A stretch of DNA of 32,548 nucleotides from Candidatus Sumerlaeales bacterium. GTDB lineage: Bacteria > Sumerlaeota > Sumerlaeia > Sumerlaeales > Sumerlaeaceae. The notes beneath the pieces were generated by a model, which was not told the DNA's origin, made no database searches, and saw only the letters and a list, made by a program, of their open reading frames with translations. The number at the start of each line of letters is the position of its first letter. The first letter of the stretch is position 1. This document shows, piece after piece, positions 26,238 to 32,548 of the stretch. The DNA lies in assembly GCA_038243585.1 (NCBI GenBank), contig JBBSQY010000039.1, positions 1-32,548 on the forward strand, given 5' to 3'. A program made the position numbers and the translations under genes.

Positions 26238-28307
26238 CTACAACATTCCAGGGATTTGTGGGCTAACGATGGTGTTATTGTCCTCATTGCACTCAGCGAC
26301 TTTGTTTTTCTCGTCGATAATGGCAATGATGTATTTGCCAGCAGCATCAAGCTTTTTGTTCTTGAAACGAGGGTCGACTTGGATCATTGCACCAGCCGCC
26401 ACTTTCTTGAACTTGTAGCCGCGAAGTTTTTTGTCGCCTGCGTCAAGAATCTGATCTTCAGACAGAACGAATCGAACTGTAACTTTTTTCGCGTCTATAT
26501 CGCCAAGATTCTGAAGCACGAACCACGACAGCAGATTGCAATTGGCCTGCCCTTTTTTGTTGGTCCTGCAGTCAAGGAAAGGAGGCATCTTAAACATACC
26601 TGTCAGGTCAATGCAGTTTGGAGCTGGAGGGATCTGTCCGTTTGGAACAACATCGATTACTTCAGTGGAAGAATCGTTCGCCTGTTCCTCATCTGACTCG
26701 TTGCTCTGCACTGTTACCGTGTTTGATAGCTGACCGGTAATAGTCGGCTGTACCTGCAACACGATGCTGGCAATTGCGCCTGGGGCTATGCCGTTCAGGC
26801 GACATGTCACCGTGGATTCGTTGCGGACACAAACGCCTTGAGACGGGTTAGCGCTTACAAATGTCACGTTGTCCTGCAGAACATCTGTAACTATAACCTG
26901 GCTCGCGTTCACAGCGCCAATATTGGAGACGATGATATCATATGTCACTGTTTGTCCCACGGTTGCAACAGTTTCTCTTGCCACTTTATCAATGGCAAGA
27001 TTGGTTATCACGGCTGGATCAGGCAGAACCTGGCTCTCAACATTGGATGTGCTGTTGTTGCTGGTTTCGCTGTCTGCTTCGTTCGAACGAACAATTGCAG
27101 TGTTAGAAAGATTGCCCGTTTCTGTTGGGATTACAACCAGCGTTATTACTGAAGAAGCGCCAGGAAGCATCGTGCCCAGACCACAGGTTACAGTACGTCC
27201 GTTACGGCTGCATGCGCCTGTCGGGGTGACTGCTTCAGAAACAGGAGTTACGCCGTCTGGCAACTGATCTGTAACCATGACACCTGTGGCGGAGGTTGTT
27301 CCTACATTTGTGACGGTAATCGTATAGGTCAAAGGTTGACCGACAATAACCGGATCAGGAGAATCCGTCTTGGTTATGGCCAGGTCCACTTCCGGTTGAT
27401 TCGCACAGCATGAGCAAACTGCGCCGCCCGTTACCGTTGTATACTCGGTAACAGTGTTGTTGGTGAGTGGGCCGGATTGATTTGTGCTGCTGCGTACGCT
27501 TACTGAATTGCCGATAAGGCCGGCAACGCGAGGGCGTACTGTAACCGTTACATTGGCTGTTTCGCCATCGGCCAACGTGCCAATTACGTATGTTACAATT
27601 CCTTCAAGTTCAACAAATCCGGCGACATTGCTTGAGGTCGCGCCAACAAAATCTACTCCAGAGGGGAGTTTTTCCGTAATAACAACGTTCTCCGCGTCAG
27701 CAGGTCCACTGTTTGTCACTTCTATGTCGTAGGTAACTGTGCTACCCAATGGAACTGGGTCCTGCCGGTCAACCTTTGTAATTTCCAGGTTTGCGCCAGG
27801 GCCACTTCCACCAGCGGACTGCGTTACTTCGACAGCCGAGAAGTTGTTTGTAGGGTCTGGGTCGCAGCCGTCAGCGGTACGGACTGTAGCAGTGTTAATG
27901 TTCTTGCCGTTTCCGTTGACCTCAGCTTCGATAACAATTGTGGCATTGCTATTTGGCAGCATTGCTCCGAGGAATATATTGGCCACACCAAGCGCGGAAA
28001 TACTGGTGGTTGCGGGATCAGCAGAGCCTGTTACGGTGATGGACTGGATGTTGGCTCCAGATGGAAGGCTGTCATTTACGACTGTGCCAAAAGAAGTATC
28101 CGGCCCGTTGTTGGTGACTTCAATCGTATACGTTTGAATGTCACCGCTAGTAATAGGATTAACTGCGGCTGTTTTAACGATGCTGAGATCAGCTGCACCC
28201 GGCGTCTGGGCGAAGGTGGTGGCTGGCTGGGATAGCATGGCCGCAAAAAGAATAGCGGGCAAGGCGCACCGGCTCATCGTTGTCCTGAAAATGCTTGAGA
28301 AATGCAT
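26238..28307 (-). CDS. Secreted DUF11-repeat surface protein with C-terminal CARDB-like domain
   Basis: Signal peptide; four repeats starting ADLSIVKT / ANLEITKV / VDLAITKT / TNLAIDKV followed by TY.I.V.N.G...A..V...D.LP; C-terminal GKYIIAIIDEKNKVAECNEDNN. Confidence 0.88.
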   Translation of the reverse strand: MHFSSIFRTTMSRCALPAILFAAMLSQPATTFAQTPGAADLSIVKTAAVNPITSGDIQTYTIEVTNNGPDTSFGTVVNDSLPSGANIQSITVTGSADPATTSISALGVANIFLGAMLPNSNATIVIEAEVNGNGKNINTATVRTADGCDPDPTNNFSAVEVTQSAGGSGPGANLEITKVDRQDPVPLGSTVTYDIEVTNSGPADAENVVITEKLPSGVDFVGATSSNVAGFVELEGIVTYVIGTLADGETANVTVTVRPRVAGLIGNSVSVRSSTNQSGPLTNNTVTEYTTVTGGAVCSCCANQPEVDLAITKTDSPDPVIVGQPLTYTITVTNVGTTSATGVMVTDQLPDGVTPVSEAVTPTGACSRNGRTVTCGLGTMLPGASSVITLVVIPTETGNLSNTAIVRSNEADSETSNNSTSNVESQVLPDPAVITNLAIDKVARETVATVGQTVTYDIIVSNIGAVNASQVIVTDVLQDNVTFVSANPSQGVCVRNESTVTCRLNGIAPGAIASIVLQVQPTITGQLSNTVTVQSNESDEEQANDSSTEVIDVVPNGQIPPAPNCIDLTGMFKMPPFLDCRTNKKGQANCNLLSWFVLQNLGDIDAKKVTVRFVLSEDQILDAGDKKLRGYKFKKVAAGAMIQVDPRFKNKKLDAAGKYIIAIIDEKNKVAECNEDNNTIVSPQIPGML

Positions 28308-28503
28308 GTCTGTACTTTCCTAAATGAGATAGAAAAAGTGAAAGATTGGCCCGGCAGGCAAATGTGGTTGCCTACGATGGATGGTTAGCGGGACCCGTGT
28401 TATGGCCAACCATTATTTTCTTGCTGAACATAGACTTGTTAAGTCCTGTCGGCCTTGGGCGAGCTTTAGCACCGCATATTTAAGCCAGTCTGCCTCCTTG
28501 CTA

Positions 28504-30216
28504 TTAAATGATTATCACTGTACCGTTAAACGAGCTGAATCGGAACTGAAACTGCTCACTGTAAGTTGCTTTAAAGTCTCTGAGCATACTGATAGCTACT
28601 TGCTCACCAAGAAGGATGCCTTCTGTCGCGTCTGTGCGCCAATGCACGCCGCTGAAGTTCCGGCCGAATGCCACGTTTGATGCCAGTTTGTTCAGCTCAG
28701 ATCCCACTGTAAGAGGAGGCCCCTGATGCGGCAGTAAGAGTTGTCCATCGTCGCTAGGAACCACGGGGTCAGGTATAACGTGGGTTTCGTTGTAATAAGC
28801 CTTCAAAACTGTAACACAGGCCCCTAGAAAAGTCGCATGTCCTGACGGATAGGAGGGGTGCGCGGGACTGCCTTCGGGAAACGCTTGCGGCAAGAGGTAC
28901 GAGCCTGTCCGGGAAAAGGTTTCTTCCAGAACTCTGCTGCCCAATAACTCCGTATTAACAGGAAAATCCAGTCCGGCCGTCAATCTGCGGTGGACACGTC
29001 CACAAAATTCTTCTGGACGGGTGCGGCGGTGAAGCGTCCACTTATGACGCCACGCTGTCTTAAGGGCAAGCGTTGATACCTGAGCAATTGCCGCCATCAC
29101 GTCTGCCTGCCCAAATGTGGCAAACGCACATTGCCTCGGCATCGCAAGATATGGATTAGAAGCATTGACTGGCACACCTATGTTAGCCATAACAAGGGCA
29201 GCCGTCATAGTTGTCTGGTAAGGGAAATCCAGATGGACGTGGTGCGCCACATCCCTTCCGGTCGTCAGGAAACGCTTGGCTGGCTGTAATGGAACATCAA
29301 GGCTCGGAACTATTCCCCGCTGCAGGGCAAGCCATTCCTCCCAAGTGTGAACGTAATCGCTGCCCGGCTCCGCGCACAGGTACATTTGCGACATCGGGGT
29401 GTGACCCATGGTCATTTCCTTAAGCAGGAACTGCGAAAGGTAAGGCCCTGCTGACGCGCCCCTGATTGTGCTCCGGAAAAGGGTCTGAGGCGTAACTGCG
29501 GCTCCCTCCCGAGGACCACGGAAGTCACTAAACCTATTAAGATCATCGCATGCCGCCTGAACAAGGGGACTTCTCGCATACTGTGAAAACGGTACATCAC
29601 GTAACAATGCCTGCCAATAAACTTCTGCTGCTTCAGAAGCCTGCTCAGCAGAAGCAAGAGTGGGGGGCGGTGGCAAATAGGTGTTATGAGGGTCTGTTCC
29701 GGTAAGTGTGTACCCGTAACCAGCCATCGGATTTTTAAACTGAAGCAGGCCTCCGCCCGCAGGTACATCCTCAAAAGCCTTGGCGGTGCCGGCTTGGCAC
29801 GCCTGCAGAAATGCCTGCAGCGCAGCAGGATCCGCAATCCCATTTTCATCATGAGGAAGACTTTTACTGAAACATGCGATACCGTTAGGATATACGGCCT
29901 CATCACCGTTAAGAGACAGAGGAACCACTGGTGACTTGTATTCCTGCAGTGCCAAGCGCTTCTTGAGAGCATAAACTTTCTTGCGGCGGGATTTTCTTTC
30001 AGCGTTGGATAGGGGGCCAACAAATTTCACCTTCCTACGCTCAGGGGCCGCGAAGGATTGGCTGGTGACTCCTATAAAAGCTGCGCCCGCGACCGCGCCA
30101 CCGGCTCGTAACAGGAACTCCCTGCGTGAATGGTCATCAGGATAAGACTCAAGTGAGCCTGCTGCTAATTTATCTTCAGAAGATCTCACTGGTTGAGCTC
30201 CATCGCCTGCTTGCAA
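28504..30216 (-). CDS. Vanadium-dependent haloperoxidase (bromoperoxidase-like), Tat-exported
   Basis: Twin-arginine signal SRREFLLRAGGAVAGAAFIG; vanadate-binding motifs KWTLHRRTRPEE, HPSYPSGHA and RNFSGVHWRTD; also ELNKLASNVAFGR. Confidence 0.9.
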   Translation of the reverse strand: MQAGDGAQPVRSSEDKLAAGSLESYPDDHSRREFLLRAGGAVAGAAFIGVTSQSFAAPERRKVKFVGPLSNAERKSRRKKVYALKKRLALQEYKSPVVPLSLNGDEAVYPNGIACFSKSLPHDENGIADPAALQAFLQACQAGTAKAFEDVPAGGGLLQFKNPMAGYGYTLTGTDPHNTYLPPPPTLASAEQASEAAEVYWQALLRDVPFSQYARSPLVQAACDDLNRFSDFRGPREGAAVTPQTLFRSTIRGASAGPYLSQFLLKEMTMGHTPMSQMYLCAEPGSDYVHTWEEWLALQRGIVPSLDVPLQPAKRFLTTGRDVAHHVHLDFPYQTTMTAALVMANIGVPVNASNPYLAMPRQCAFATFGQADVMAAIAQVSTLALKTAWRHKWTLHRRTRPEEFCGRVHRRLTAGLDFPVNTELLGSRVLEETFSRTGSYLLPQAFPEGSPAHPSYPSGHATFLGACVTVLKAYYNETHVIPDPVVPSDDGQLLLPHQGPPLTVGSELNKLASNVAFGRNFSGVHWRTDATEGILLGEQVAISMLRDFKATYSEQFQFRFSSFNGTVIII

Positions 30217-30361
30217 AGAACAGTACGCATTAGAATTTTGTAACTGGAAAAACCATTAGTCATTTATTGTGTCGATTCAAACAATCTGTCACACCGATTT
30301 TACATTTTACTGCAGGTGAATCAAAATTCGTGCCTATTGCAATTGTCCGAGGTTCCCCCTT

Positions 30362-31732
30362 ATGAAAATTGGTATTGTTACATTGGGTTGCGACAAGAAC
30401 ACTGTCGACAACGAATACATGGCCGGCCTGTTGGCCGAGAGTGGTGCGCGGGTTGTTCGTGCGGAGGTAGACGCGGACAGTAATCCCGACTCGGATCTGG
30501 ACGCCGTGCTTATCAACACCTGCGGGTTTGTTGAATCCGCGAAACAGCAGTCCCTCGAAAGCATCATGTCGTGGATCGACCACAAAAAAGAGCGTCAAGA
30601 AAACGGCCAGGGCCGCTGTCGTGTGTTTGTGGCCGGGTGCCTCACCCAGCGCTACCGGGAAACTTTGGTGCAGGAACTGCCCGAGGTGGATGGCTTCATG
30701 GGCGTGGGCGAATTTGACAAGGTCATTAGTCTGGTGCAATCGCCAGCCGACGCGTCATCCCCGTATAATCTGATTCAGGAACTGCCGGTTGTGGCGGTAC
30801 GCGAAGGCGGTTTGCCGCGGATGCAGCTTGGCGTTCAGGCACCTCATGCGTTCTTGAAGATTGCGGACGGGTGTAATCATAATTGTTCGTTCTGCGCGAT
30901 TCCTTCCTTTAAAGGCCGCCTGCGCAGTGTGAAAAAAGAGATCCTGCTGGCCGAAGCAAAGCTGCTTCTTGGCCGCGGCGTAAAAGAAATTAACCTGGTC
31001 GCGCAGGACACCAGCGACTACGGCAAAGACATCTATGGCCGCGAATATGGCATCGCCGATTTGCTGAGCGAACTATCGGTGCTGCCGGGAGATTTTTGGA
31101 TTCGTCTGTTTTATTTTTACCCCGGCGGGCTCAACGCAAAGTTCATGGACGCGTTTCAGTCCAGCCCGAAAGTTTGCCGTTATATCGATATGCCGTTGCA
31201 GCATCTTCACCCGGAAGTGCTTCATCGCATGAAGCGCCCCCACCGGGAAATTAAGACTTTAGATGCGCTTGAAAACCTGCGCGCCACAATCCCAGGGTTG
31301 GCGCTTCGCACTACGTTTATTACCGGGTTTCCGGGCGAGACGGAAGAGCAGTTCGATTATCTGCTAACCGGCGCGCAGCGGCTCCGGTTTAATCGTCTGG
31401 GTGCGTTTCCGTTTTCGGAAGAAGAGGGCACACCAAGCGCGATCATGGATCAACAGGTTCCGCGGCGGCTGCGGAAGTCGCGCTATGACCGGCTTATGAC
31501 CATGCAGCAGCAGGTGTCTCTGGAGATGAACCGCGATATGGTAGGCCGGGAAATTAAGGTGCTGGTGGAGCAGCAGATCGAAGATGACCAGTATGTGGGT
31601 CGCAGCGAGTTTGACGCTCCGGACGTTGACGGTGCAGTGGCGATTCACTCTGTAGAGGATTTAAAACCAGGGCAGTTCGCCACGGTGAAAGTGGTTGGAG
31701 CGGATTATTACGACCTTGTAGCGGAAGCGTAA
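30362..31732 (+). CDS. rimO: Ribosomal protein uS12 methylthiotransferase
   Basis: TLGCDKNTVD, INTCGFVESAKQQS, AGCLTQRY, radical-SAM CNHNCSFC, AQDTSDYG, C-terminal TRAM domain GRSEFDAPDVDG. Confidence 0.95.
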   Translation: MKIGIVTLGCDKNTVDNEYMAGLLAESGARVVRAEVDADSNPDSDLDAVLINTCGFVESAKQQSLESIMSWIDHKKERQENGQGRCRVFVAGCLTQRYRETLVQELPEVDGFMGVGEFDKVISLVQSPADASSPYNLIQELPVVAVREGGLPRMQLGVQAPHAFLKIADGCNHNCSFCAIPSFKGRLRSVKKEILLAEAKLLLGRGVKEINLVAQDTSDYGKDIYGREYGIADLLSELSVLPGDFWIRLFYFYPGGLNAKFMDAFQSSPKVCRYIDMPLQHLHPEVLHRMKRPHREIKTLDALENLRATIPGLALRTTFITGFPGETEEQFDYLLTGAQRLRFNRLGAFPFSEEEGTPSAIMDQQVPRRLRKSRYDRLMTMQQQVSLEMNRDMVGREIKVLVEQQIEDDQYVGRSEFDAPDVDGAVAIHSVEDLKPGQFATVKVVGADYYDLVAEA

Positions 31733-32106
31733 TGGATGCCCGGCGCCTTTTCGTAACAGGTGCTGTAATTATGGGGCTGGCCGTGGCGCTTGGCGCGTTT
31801 GGCGCTCACGGGTTGCAGAAAGTGACTGATGCGAAGGGCCTTGCCAATTGGGAGACCGGCGTTCGTTATCAGGCGATCCATGGCATTGCGCTGCTGATCC
31901 TTTCACTGGCGGTAAAGCGCTTTTCTCCGCGAGCTCTAAACGTCGCGGCAATCTGCTTTATTGTGGGAATCGTTGTTTTTTGCGGCACCCTCTACACGAT
32001 AGTATTGACTGGAAATCCATGGTTTGGCCGCATCACGCCAATTGGTGGATTATTTTTTCTCATCGGCTGGGGAACAGCGGCGGTTGCGCACAAGCGAGTC
32101 GATTAG
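31732..32106 (+). CDS. DUF423 (YgdD/TMEM256) family membrane protein
   Basis: AVALGAFGAHGL, WETGVRYQAIH, FCGTLY, GRITPIGGLFFLIGW; start overlaps the rimO stop. Confidence 0.93.
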   Translation: MDARRLFVTGAVIMGLAVALGAFGAHGLQKVTDAKGLANWETGVRYQAIHGIALLILSLAVKRFSPRALNVAAICFIVGIVVFCGTLYTIVLTGNPWFGRITPIGGLFFLIGWGTAAVAHKRVD

Positions 32107-32177
32107 CAGGAATGCTTTAGAAGTAGAGCGATGCTCCTGTTTAATGAACTTATCACGCTTTGACCGTTAGATGTTTT

Positions 32178-32548
32178 ATGTCCAAAACAATCGGTCTCGA
32201 TAGTTCGCTTCTGCAAGACGTCTCCATTAAGACAAATCATTTTTCTGTTAGCCATCCTAAGCAAAGTTATAAGGCCGTTGCGCATCATCCGACACTTCTT
32301 CTCGGAATCGGCACTGCCGTTCCCACCCACGTGGCCACGCAGGAACAGGCGTGTTCGTTTATGGGGAAGGTATTATCTGCGTCTGCGGATAATGACGCTT
32401 CCGCCGCGCCGCCTCCTGTGGGATTATTAAAGCGCATCTACGCCCATAGCGGAATTGAAAAACGCCATAGTGTGATCGGCGATTACACGAAATGCGACGC
32501 AGCTGATTTTACTTTTTTCCCTAAATCCTGGAGCCTTAATCCCGTCCC
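32178..32548 (+). CDS. Type III polyketide synthase (chalcone-synthase-like), N-terminal part, truncated by the window end
   Basis: Not in the ORF track. The frame is open from ATG 32178 to the end and reads ...LLGIGTAVPTHVATQEQA...LKRIYAHSGIEKRHSVIGDY...FTFFP, a typical type III PKS N-terminus. The catalytic Cys/His/Asn residues are outside the window. Confidence 0.8.
   Translation, partial: MSKTIGLDSSLLQDVSIKTNHFSVSHPKQSYKAVAHHPTLLLGIGTAVPTHVATQEQACSFMGKVLSASADNDASAAPPPVGLLKRIYAHSGIEKRHSVIGDYTKCDAADFTFFPKSWSLNPV

Noticed and set aside
28345..28413. Two hairpins upstream of the DUF11 gene as a c-di-GMP or other riboswitch
   Set aside because: Stems exist (AGGCAA/TTGCCT and ATGGTTAGC/GCCAACCAT), but the GEMM consensus elements are not recognisable; they may be only a weak terminator.
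532..31648. Long antisense or overlapping ORFs (for example 532..1191, 1493..2197, 5077..5796, 12650..13477, 24064..24588, 29412..30023)
   Set aside because: They are shadows of well-supported genes on the opposite strand or in another frame, with no recognisable motifs; this is expected in moderately GC-rich coding DNA.
22940..32548. Genomic island integrated at the ssrA 3' end
   Set aside because: No integrase next to ssrA, no repeat of the tmRNA 3' end seen in the window, and the housekeeping gene metF follows directly.
28504..32548. Haloperoxidase plus type III PKS as a napyradiomycin/merochlorin-like halogenated meroterpenoid cluster
   Set aside because: The genes are divergent and separated by housekeeping rimO and DUF423; the haloperoxidase is Tat-exported and bromoperoxidase-like; no prenyltransferase is visible.

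Overview
Bacterial chromosomal window, mostly housekeeping genes with several accessory insertions. Left to right: the 3' end of a probable GT4 glycosyltransferase; two tandem paralogous sulfotransferases; a four-helix-bundle (IVP/Avd-like) gene with strictly 9-bp-periodic GGAC/GTCC arrays on both sides and inside it; gnd-zwf-pgl; a PAP2 phosphatase; small hypothetical genes; cysS with an in-frame GTAG-type palindrome; a secreted beta-sandwich protein; a diverged duplicate of the 3' end of the neighbouring aldo/keto reductase; a secreted metzincin-like protease ending in ...VSDWELY plus a partner gene; surA-pdxA; a translationally coupled J-like/TPR - GrpE - DnaK operon with non-canonical J and linker motifs; tmRNA (tag ADNNYALAA) followed by an inverted REP doublet; metF; a PhnP-like MBL hydrolase; a putative lysozyme-fold protein; a ~200-nt densely base-paired intergenic segment (candidate ncRNA); a DUF11-repeat surface protein; a Tat-exported vanadium haloperoxidase; rimO; a DUF423 gene; and the start of a type III PKS. 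The best candidates for undescribed biology are the 9-mer array/four-helix-bundle unit, the possibly orthogonal Hsp70 triad, the unassigned structured RNA and the C-terminal WxxY motif. All calls come from motif recognition by eye; no searches were run.
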